Assembly (NCBI GenBank): GCA_051362555.1
Contig: CM120641.1
Location: forward strand, 11,904,001 to 11,968,000
DNA length: 64,000 nt
Source: Lingula anatina
Taxonomy: Eukaryota > Animalia > Brachiopoda
Direction of reading: 5' to 3'
Shown here: piece by piece, positions 24,217-34,600 of the stretch
Layout of the letters: each line of letters opens with the position of its first letter
How positions within the stretch are numbered: the stretch's first letter is position 1
The notes under the pieces: generated by a model
What the model was told of the DNA's origin: nothing
The model's input: the letters and a program-made list of their open reading frames with translations, nothing else
The model's database searches: none
Position numbers and translations under genes: made by a program

Positions 24217-26348
24217 GTAAGTTTGATTGTGTAGAACAACCCTTTTCGTCCCGTAAACTTCTCAGTTCAATAGTGTAACATCTTTTGTTCAACAAAATTG
24301 ACATTTTTTTAAAATTTCTCCATTTCTTGTCTACAATTTATAAAACGTGTACTAGTAGTCTAGTACGGTATAATAATCTGTGCGTCATTCGTATTGCATG
24401 TTTTTCCAAAACCCTCACTGCAGCTGTGGTGGAAGTTTATATCCCCCTCCCCCCCCCCCCCCCCCCCCCCTCCAAAAAAAAAAATAGATAAATGAATAAA
24501 TAGGTTAAAAATATTAGGAAAGTATTATTTGTTTCATGTTTACTCTCACGTGCCTCTCTTTACTCTTTATTTTGTCTTCTGCCATACAATTAACAACCCT
24601 TTTGAACAGTGAAATCACTTTCATTTTTTTATTTTATTTTATTTTGTCTTTCAGATTGTAGGAATAGGTAATGCTGGGATTGGGAAGACATGTATTATTA
24701 AGAATTTCTGTGAGAGCAAGGTTGGTCTGAACACAACACAAACATGATATTTTGATCTAGTGTGTTTATAGGTGGCCATGTAATATTCCATCCTAGCAAA
24801 ATCTGGGCAATGTCTATCTCACGTACCCTTTCATTAAAATGCCATATTCAAACATGTCTTAGGCTTCGTTCACATGGAATGTCTATTTTCGCGGTATCTT
24901 ATGATCACGGTCTGTGCCCTGAATATCCTGCCACGTAATTATTGGCAGCACGAGCCAGTTACTTATAGTAACTTATAGTAACTGGCTCACGCTGCCAGTA
25001 ATTACGCCTTTGTCTTTGGGAAAACATTTTTTTTCAGAAATTTAACTGTTTTTGCTTAATTTTAGTTTAACTCAGGTTATCAGCCAACTGTAGGAGTGGA
25101 TTATGGATTCAAAATCCAGTCAATACAAGGTGTAGATTGTAAGTATATTGTTACACTTTGAATTAGATTTTTTGTGTAAAATGGGTTTATTTTTAATGTC
25201 AGCTCAACCAGTTTTCAAAGATAAAAAAATCCATGGACTCTCTTGGAACAATTTGGCATATTACACATGCTATTATACATTATATATATATATATTTATT
25301 TTAAATAGCTTTTCATTGAGATCTGTGTATTTGACTATAAGATACCTGCATATATCCAAGTATTTTTTATATTTTCTGTTAGAAATGAAATCACTTCTTA
25401 ATGCTGTATTTATCTCCCTCCAGTACGTGTCCACCTGTGGGATCTGTCAGGTAACCAGGAATACACAGACGTGAGGAATGAACTGTATGGGGACACTGAT
25501 GCAGTGTTTTTAGCCTATGATGTCACCAATGAGGCATCCTATGAGGCATTAGATGGCTGGCTCAAAGAATGGAACAAATATGGTCCACAGACAGCAGAAG
25601 TAACGTTAGTGGGAAACAAGGTGATCACCCTATAAATTCATAAAATTGGTGCATTTTCTCTCTAAATTATTGATGATATTCATTTTGAATAAGAGATGAT
25701 TTTTATGAGATATTATTATGAAAGATTAATCCTTTTCATTCATTGGTAAAATATTTGTCAATTCATGTCAGGATCCAATTTTTATAATGATTGGATGTAA
25801 GCATTGTTATTGGAGTTAAGTTTTAAATGTGAATATTTGCTCATTTTGTAAAATACATTAAATTTTAGACTGATTTGAAACCGAAAAGAGTTGTTTCAAT
25901 GGCAGATGGAAAGAAATGGGCAAATGCACACAAATTCAAGTAAGTAAATAAATGATAAATTGAATGATAAATCTCTGATTTAATTTGGTTATGAAAATTT
26001 TCAGTGTCATTTATTTTTTAAGGGCATCCATAGCTTGAAAGTCTGTTATGAATGCATGTTTTTGTAAAGAATTATTAATCTCTAAACTAATATTTTGCAT
26101 TACATATTTCCTGTGCATTTTCTTTAAGTTTCGAGATTTTATTAGCTTTCAAAAATGCTTTGATGTGCAGTGGCATCTCTTTGCTCAAAAAATTATGGCC
26201 TTATTCTTATCTTTCAGAATAATAACTATATATTACCTTTTACAGTTATTACGAGACATCAGCTTCCACAGGTGAAGGAGTTGAGAAGATGTTTCATGAT
26301 TTGTTAGTGACTGTTATGAAGAAAAGAAAGCTGTTGCCAAAAGACTAA
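24148..26348 (+). CDS. RJL-family Ras-like small GTPase (DNAJC27/RBJ-like GTPase domain only, no J domain), join(24148..24216,24655..24720,25066..25138,25424..25620,25869..25939,26246..26348), 192 aa
   Basis: Not in the ORF track because exons are short. Spliced protein has G1 GNAGIGKT (CIIKNFCE), G2 PTVGVDYG, G3 WDLSGN followed by DVRNELY, G4 NKTD, G5 ETSAS; CIIK..CE, GxDYG and VRNExY are DNAJC27/RJL-type features as remembered. All junctions GT-AG, phases 0,0,1,0,2; stop TAA 26346-26348. Confidence 0.88.
24655..24720 (+). CDS. RJL GTPase exon 2 (P-loop IVGIGNAGIGKTCIIKNFCESK)
   Basis: Polypyrimidine tract + cag, AAG|GTTGGT donor. Confidence 0.9.
24862..25008. mobile_element. Truncated family A MITE in RJL GTPase intron 2
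   Basis: TTA then GGCTTCGTTCACATG left arm with internal deletion, centre, partial right arm. Confidence 0.8.
25066..25138 (+). CDS. RJL GTPase exon 3 (switch I, YQPTVGVDYGFK)
   Basis: ttttag acceptor, T|GTAAGT donor. Confidence 0.9.
25424..25620 (+). CDS. RJL GTPase exon 4 (WDLSGN...VGNK)
   Basis: ctccag acceptor, AAG|GTGATC donor. Confidence 0.9.
25869..25939 (+). CDS. RJL GTPase exon 5 (TDLKPKRVVSMADGKKWANAHKF)
   Basis: ttttag acceptor, AA|GTAAGT donor. Confidence 0.9.
26246..26348 (+). CDS. RJL GTPase exon 6 (YYETSASTGEGVEKMF...KKRKLLPKD*)
   Basis: tttacag acceptor, G5 motif, in-frame stop. Confidence 0.9.
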
Positions 26349-26676
26349 CTGGTAAACGGAGCAAGTCAGTCTGTAAATAAGGGTTGTTGTGCAGTACATG
26401 TGTGTAAATATTGTGGTAAACAATGAAGTATCTATCAATATTGAAGATATGCATTATGGCATCTACTTGCTGCCCAAATGTTATGAAGATTATGTCCTAC
26501 ACATGCAATTTAATAAGGAAGTGGACATCATAACTGTTTACATTTACAGAGACAGGGTCTTGAAACACAGAACAGGATCAGATTTCAATTTTATGAAAAA
26601 GGAATTTCAGACTATTATTCAGAAGTGATCTGTGATATTTTTGTCAAGTAGTTTTCATCAGTATATAAAGCTCACC

Positions 26677-26737
26677 AACTAGTATTGGCACACCATGTAA
26701 CTAGTATTGGCACACCACGTAACTAGTATTGGCACAC
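26677..26737. repeat. Minisatellite, 22 bp x ~2.8
   Basis: AACTAGTATTGGCACACCAYGT units at 26677, 26699, 26721. Confidence 0.9.
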
Positions 26738-27333
26738 TATTTTACAAATGTGTCCATGTTTTGATACATTTATTTTCATATTACATTTATTTGTAAGCAT
26801 GTAGAGACTAGTATGAAACTTTTAAACATTTTTTATCTTAATTTCTCCTCTAACATGGTATAGGGGGGTTAATTGCATTTTTCTAGCAGTCTGTGATATG
26901 TAAATACAATTACTAGTACTTACATACTTTGAAATGTCTTTCCAGGATTTAAATATATTAATATCATGTCACACATAGTAATTTTCCAGTGGTCCTTTTT
27001 GTGACATGTTAAAGTAGTTTTCACATTATTACAACACTTGAATGTGCTTTTGAATTTATAGTAAGTTACAAACAGTCTTCCCAAGCAATCATGTTATGTA
27101 TATTTACATTTCATGTCAAAGCAACTTTCAAACTTCTGCCAAAACAGAAACAATATTAAGTGCATACATTTATTCATCAAATTCACAGATAAGTGATCTC
27201 AGCATCAGAAACTGTTGCATAGTATGAGCATAATATATGGCATATACTTTATAAGTCTCAAAAGACATAGTCCTGTCAGACCCCCCCCCCCCCCCCCCCC
27301 CCCCCCAAGACTTTACATCCTTGTAATCCCAGA

Positions 27334-27584
27334 CAGTACGCTTTTCTGTTTCACACCATTTTGACTGGACCCAACATGCAATTCCACTATGGGCTTTTTT
27401 ATTACTCCCCATCACATATTCATGCACTTGTATTTGTTTAGACCAATCAAAATGAGTCTGGATAACTGGCCGTGACAAGCACAGAGGCTTTGTTTAGATG
27501 ACTTTAGTGTGTAATACTGTAATAGCCAGGGTATTAAGTTGTCACCATGTCTCTCAAAATGGTGTGAAACAGTAAAGTTTACTG
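27334..27584. mobile_element. MITE-like element with 31-bp terminal inverted repeats (CAGTA...)
   Basis: 27334-27364 and 27554-27584 are reverse complements with 3 mismatches; no clear TSD. Confidence 0.6.
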
Positions 27585-27679
27585 CACAATGTGAAAAAGA
27601 CCCTAAAAGAGAAGTAAAATGCTAACATCCTGACTCAACAACATTACATCCTTGACTAGGACAAGGTATTCAATTGCAC

Positions 27680-27723
27680 TTTTACAAATATTGATAAACA
27701 ATTTTACAAATATTGATAAACAA
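27680..27723. repeat. Tandem duplication, 22 bp x2
   Basis: TTTTACAAATATTGATAAACAA twice. Confidence 0.85.
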
Positions 27724-28568
27724 GGAGCAAAGAATTTTGCAGTATTCCCTGTTTAACTATTGGCATTTGATAAAAGTTAAGCATGCAACTAAGCTATTTC
27801 TTTTGCCAGCATCAGAAGTACATAACATCAAAAATATTTTTTGTCATTAGTCAACCACAGTGTATGTGATAATTTAGTTTTACTAACATCACAATTTTTA
27901 AATCTATAAACTACATTTTTCGAAGTGATCACAGGATTAAAATTAGAATGGCACAAGGGTTAGCTTATCACAGTGCAAAGGGAGATACGTAATCACAGAG
28001 TACAGAGAATTATATTATCCCATACTACAATGACTAATGGCATTACTAGATCCTACTTTCTGGAAACTATTTTCTGTGTAAAGCAATATAAAAATATCAA
28101 TAAAATATATGTGAATCTCATCTGTGTTTTCATCAATTATTATTTTTTTTTAGAAAGGACTGGAATGTCAGATCTGAAACAATTGTAGCATTAACAAATC
28201 TACCTGCTGACATAATTGATTTTTTATATTTGTCTGTTACAAAGACCATTCCCATATATTTAATAAAGTTACTGTAGTCAAAGCAATTACCTCTGGCCAA
28301 AAGTAGTAGCAGAATCCAATGTTTTGTTAGCGTATTGTTAAAGACCTGCGTGGTTATTATTATCATTTTTTTTTTCAACTTGTTCATGAGAAATCTAATA
28401 GCTAAAAATATCATTTTACAGCACTGCTGATGAATCTAACACAACCCCTTCTTAAAGCTTTTCAGTTTAAAACTGGACAAGGTACATTCTTCAAGAACAA
28501 TATTAATGATAAAGTGTTTTTTCAAATTAGTACAAATATGCAAGAAATGATTCCTAAACGGCTGTTCA

Positions 28569-28649
28569 TCAGACTTCTGTCTCATAAGTTTCAGCTTCCA
28601 TCAGTGTCTCTAGCTTTTTTTTCAAGGTAACAATTTCTTCATCACTTTC
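28569..28649 (-). CDS. ITPRID2: ITPRID-like terminal exon (ESDEEIVTLKKKLETLMEAETYETEV*)
   Basis: attccag acceptor, stop TGA. Confidence 0.8.
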   Translation of the reverse strand, partial: ESDEEIVTLKKKLETLMEAETYETEV

Positions 28650-31600
28650 CTGGAATGAGAACATTTCAATATCTAAAGATTTATTCAATTCTCAAACATA
28701 ATAGTCTACATAATATCGGTTACCCATTTACTTCAACATTTCTTAATGAGGCACTTGATAAAATCAAAGAGTTATCTATTTTCAAGTGGTTACTTGAACC
28801 AAAAATTAGTTGAGAATTTGTCAGTATATTTCATGCACAGCGTTTCTCCACTCCACTGAATATGCAAATAGGTCAGTACAAAGAATACACACACTGATAT
28901 TCTATGACTCAATTTACCTGCAGCTCTTTTTTAAGAGAATCAACTACGCTCGAAAAATGTGTAGTTAGTTCTTGGAACAAATCCACCTTCATCTAGAAAA
29001 TAAAAAATGCACCAATAATAGGCTATGTGTATCATAATAAGCTATGCTGAAGAAGGAATGATACTGAATTACGTGCACATTTAGTGCTTAGATTTTTTTT
29101 AAAATCCATTATTTTATCAAACTACCTGAAGCAATTAGCACATTCCAGAAAAAAATTATTATTAAAATCTCACAACCATGCTTGTAATTTAAGTTCAAGG
29201 TCTATTACTAAAAATGCTGTTAATCCAAGACTCCACAAAGTCATCTACCTCTGCCAGAGAAGATTTCAGCATTTCCTGTATGTAGTCTTCTCCAGGCGGT
29301 GGTATCCAGGGGGCAGTTGTCATGGTGACTTGACTGACCATAGGACTGACCATGGGCTGTGGATAAGACTGGGCATCTACGCTGCGATGGTAGTGTTGTT
29401 CCTTTAACAGGCCTATCATCTGGATGACAACAAACATATAGCCAACTTGTAACAAATACAGCTAGCAAGCACACTTATGTAAGCATTTCAGTCTACTTTA
29501 GTATCCAGCACAGCTTAGTAGTCATAGGGATTGGGGATAAGGGAGGGTGTCGAACAATTGCCCTTGCAGAAAAAGGCCCACTCTGGATTAAATTTGATCT
29601 AGGATCATGAAGGTATCATGGTAAAAGGCCCACTTTTTCAGAAAAAGAACCCCCCTTTGAAATTACTGGCTGTGGGCCTGCAGCAAATGTTTAGTAGAGC
29701 TACTAAGCAAAAAATGACGTTTTTGTCACAAATTAAGTCAATTTTGTTGTCAGACAAGCGCAAAGTTAAACTAATTAAAAACCAACATGCAAAATGCTTT
29801 TAACATACATTTTATATATCAACACTACAGTCAACTTCCTTGTCCAGCTAAAGCAAATGCCACAGCCACAGAGGCTGTAGTACAGGTTTATTCACACTGT
29901 CTTCACAAACACAACATACCTGCTGCACTACCTGAAGATGTCCCATAGATGGCAGTTGTGGAGGTTCACCAGATATTATCATCTTGATTCTCTGCGACAA
30001 GGACTGCTCTAACTGGAACACCTCGTCCTTGATCAATTTCTTTAACTCATCCAGACACTGCAGATCTTCCCTACAGATGATACAAATAAAACCTTTACAT
30101 GATGATACTTTCACATCCAATACACTGTCTACACAATGACTCATAACCTAAATTGGGGAGGACTGGAAACAAAAATCACAGATGGCGTTCAAACAACCAA
30201 GAGCTCAATTTGAAATTGGTTCAAAATACCCATTTGATTGTGCTTTCTTGAATATATAACATTATTAACCAGTATATGGATAACCACCTTTACTTAGGAT
30301 AGGATAAAAGTGAAGCACCATGCTTCCAGTCCTTCTTCATTGCTTATATATAAAAACGCATCTACCAACAATGGTAAAATTGAATAGTAGAAATTTGGAC
30401 ACCAATAACTGATGATCTTATGATCCATTGTTACTAATATAACTACAATGTGTGTCTTGAATGCCTTCAATATATTGCTGCCAAAATTTATTTCGCACAT
30501 GGATGAATTTGTAATATCCAATCACACTTAAATACTATACTAAGCAAACACACCTCACGCAATTTACAAACTTACTCCATTCCATCTTGGAAAGGTTTAT
30601 TGACTTGTCTTTTTTCTAGCATTTGTAACTCTCCACGGTACTGCTGCAATGCCTTTTGTATGAGTTTTGCTTCCTCCAAAAGTCGATGCTTGTACTGGAT
30701 CTTGGTCCATCGATCAAAGAGAGTCCGCGTAGATGCCCCTCCATAGACCTATTACCACAGATACACAACACTTCAGTTTGTAAATGAGATACTAAATTCA
30801 TCGTTACCTGATAATTACATGCCATTACATGAAACAAGCACTCAAGTACATGGAGCCTTTAATTGACCTCTTTTAATCAGAAGAACATTTATGACTGGAA
30901 AGTATTCACGAAGACAAAATTTTAGGTAAATCTATTAAAAACCATATTTACCTTGCGCAAATATGGTTCCTTCAATAAAGATGTTAGTACAGTCAACTCT
31001 TCTGCATCACGCTTCGAAAAAGGAATTGCCTCCAATTCTTCAACACCATTGTTCTGCAAGGATGTTTCCTTCGTGGGACTCTCTTCTTGAAAGTCGAAAT
31101 CATGTTTATTGTCAGCTATTGAGGTAACCTCATCACCATGTGCTGATTCTTTTTCAGACTTCACTGCCTGATGTGTCTCCTCTTGAATAACATCACCACC
31201 TACAGCTGAATTTGTGTTTTCCAAGTGACGACTCCTATGTTCTTTGTGCTTCTGTTTCAGTTTGAACTTGAGTTTGGGCTTTGGGGAGTTGGGGGGTACT
31301 TCATCTGCAGTCACTATTGAGTATGTTATTTTATAGACTCTGCCACTAGGGCTACTTGAAATGTCTGAAGGATAGCCGTCAGTGGCTAAACCATCTTCAC
31401 TTAATGTCAAACAACTACTGGCAGGGGTTGGTGTCAATTCAGATTCAGTTTCTGATGCAGTCGACCTGCCTCTGGTTGGCAACTGTGGAGCCTGTGATGA
31501 AAAAATTACAACTAAATAAAAGAGTTCAAGCAGATATTCAGTAAGCAAAAGCATGCAGAATAATCACCAAATAAATCTCAATAAGTTGTTTAGATAATTT

Positions 31601-34600
31601 TTAAAATTAAGAACACACTTACAGTCAAAGAAAATTAATAAGCAAATATATTATATTTAGAAATATTGTGACTCTGAATTTTAATTGTACATTTGCTTTC
31701 TGTAAGTAAGAGAGGGTGCAATTCACTGTCACACCTAACACAATATGTACTCTATCTAACACATCCAACACATTACCTCTTGGAGTAAACGTAAATCTTG
31801 TTGTTCCCCATCCATATGCTCAGAGAACACACCACTACTATCTGACTGGCCACTACTACAACGAAGACCTTCAACAAGAAGATTGGGGGAAGTGTCACAA
31901 AAGCAAACCAAAAATTTCTAAAACAATTAAATTTGGGTAAAACTTACAATCACAGATTAAAATGACAGAGTAAAACCAATGTAAGGAAACTAAATAACAC
32001 CAAAAAGTGCCTCACACAACTTGCTAGATATAGGCTGTCTACACATACATACCTTCAGTTGCTTTGGATACAGGCTGCTCATGTGACATGTGCTGAAAAT
32101 AGGAAAATTCAACTACATGTGAGCACATCATTACCTTTTGTATAAAATTTACACCAAAAATTGCCACTGACAAAATATTTTGATTAATTTGTGTCTATTA
32201 TATTACTATCTTTTGGACAAATAAATTGAAAACATATCAATATATGATTACAAAAAATCTCAATCACTTGGAAGTATTGTGAGCAAGTAAGATAAAACCA
32301 AATCTTAGGGCACATTCCCATAGATTTTAGATCGATCTATCCCCGTGGGGAGTCTCACAAGATTACGGTCAGATAATCCGGCTTAAATGTCTGTCCTGCC
32401 TACTACAAGCTGTAAGGGGGTAATTAACTTTCCTGCCCGCTCAGCTGACAGCTATTTAGCGTGAACCCCCAGGGAGTTAGGTCGATCTAGTTGGATCGAT
32501 CTAATCTCTGGGAATGGGGTCTTAGACAAATAAGGTTCAATGAATTGTACTGATGCATGTACTTACTTCTGCAATTTCCAAAGATTCCTGATGCAGAATA
32601 CCTTGTAGTTTGGGATGTCTTATTTTGCTGCCAGTCACCCCTGAACTGGGCCCTGGCTCCACCCCCTTGCTGTCTGGAGACTTAAGCTCCACCTCTGTGC
32701 TATCTGAGGGTGTAGAATTTGGTAGAGTCTCAGTTTCAACAGGAACATCTAGCATACTGATTTCCACTACCTCTCCAGATTTACACATGGGCAGATCTTT
32801 TTGTTCATCTTCTGTAATTGTTGTGTCAACAAGGTGCTGGTCTTTTGAAAGAGTTTCTTCATTTCCTTTATCAAATACACTGTCTGTAGGAAAAGCCATA
32901 ATAACACTTTGAACTGAGGGACTTTTTTCTGGCTCTTCCTTTACAGGTTCAAGTTCAAGGTTGTATGACACAGGAAGTTTCTTACGTTTTGGCGATGCCT
33001 TGTCTACAGTGTCATCACTATTGTTCTGTAGCTGCCCAGAGGACAAAAATCTTGTTGGGACCAATGCAGAAAAATCTGCACCAGTATTACAAGTTTCATT
33101 TTTCTGATATCCCTCAACGTCAAACACAAACACAGATGGGTGAACACATTTTCTTTGAGCAGGATCATCTTTAGATAAACTCAACTTAAAATCAGTAGGG
33201 GGAGATTCTCGTTGTTCTGGATTAGTGGCAGACCTTGGTTTGGACTTAGGGTCTTCAGATTGTTTCCTTTTGAGTTCAGTCATCCCTGAAAAGGTATTGC
33301 TTCTCTGTCTCATGGGGGGAGGTTTCTCTCCAAAGGAAGATTTTGAAGGCAAAAATGAGTCATCTTTTGGAGACTGATAAAATCCCCTTTTCTCTAAGGC
33401 TTTCCGGTTATCCTCGCTGAGAATGCTATCTCTCCTGGCAAGTGTAGAAGACAATTGGAAAGTATCTCGAAAACATGGAAGTGACCCATGCCTTGGTGCC
33501 GTCTGATGGAGATATGCGACCCAAGATGGCGTCATGATCTGATCCATTGGCATGGACATGGCTCGGTTGAACTGAGATCTTTGCAGGACCCACAGTGGTA
33601 TACCTGTAAATGGAAATATTTGTTACTATTTTTTTCTTTAATTGCATGCCAAAGATTTTGTTAACTATAAAGAGCAATGCCATTAATCAAATTTCAATTA
33701 TAGTTTCTTAAAAACTGAAATGGCACATACTTAGGCATTTAATCAAATGTTAACATAACTGTTACTTCATTTAGAACAACACTGACCATCAACAAACATT
33801 TCAAAGGAAAAATGGGATAAAAAGCATATTTTTTTACTTATTTGAATTTTTAATTAATAAAGGTATCACAGTTGTAACTTATCAACAACAAAAGAAGAAG
33901 AAAGAAAAGAGGACAACAACTCCATGCATACCAAGAGTGACACTATGCTTGCAAAAGACCTTACGTTTAATGTGACACACATCAATTATCACAGTTCAGT
34001 GACTATGTAAGATAAGTATTCATTATAATATATCAGTTATTTCCTTGTAGCATGCCACATAATAGGGCAACATACTTCAAATTCATTTTGTTTTGTTGTC
34101 ATAGTTTATAATACTATCCATATCTGCTTCTTGGTAAAACAGGTATAGAGTCAGGGGAAGAAAGCACTCACCCCCAGGTTCAAAGTGCAGTTATTAGCAT
34201 ACCTCTATCCAGCACAAATGCTGACAATAAAGGCAAGTTTCCAGATGACTCTGAAACTCAGGGTGTATTAGGCCTTAGTGTCCTTGATATATTTCATATT
34301 GTAAGCATTAAAAGGTTCCCTCCAGGCTCTGAATAAAATTTTATCTAGGTACATGGTAGTTTCATGGTAAAAGGTCCACTTTTTCAGAAAAAGACCCCCC
34401 CTTTGAAATTGCTGGACATGGACCTGTTATCACCCTGTTTTATCTTCAAAATCATCTTTTTAAATGCTGCAGCCATTTGATGCACTGTGAACATATATAA
34501 TTCAATCTTTAACTTAACATATCACGTGTTGAGTCATGACCAGTGAAATTTATTAAATCAGTCCACAACGCCTGCACCATACAAATGTGAGATCAGTTAA

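Noticed and set aside
26677-26737. Direct repeats that might suggest a CRISPR array
   Set aside because: Units are contiguous with no unique spacers; eukaryotic context and no cas genes
30616-30837. 73-aa minus-strand ORF as an ITPRID exon frame
   Set aside because: Wrong frame; the phase-compatible reading is VYGGAST...GME (30576-30748)
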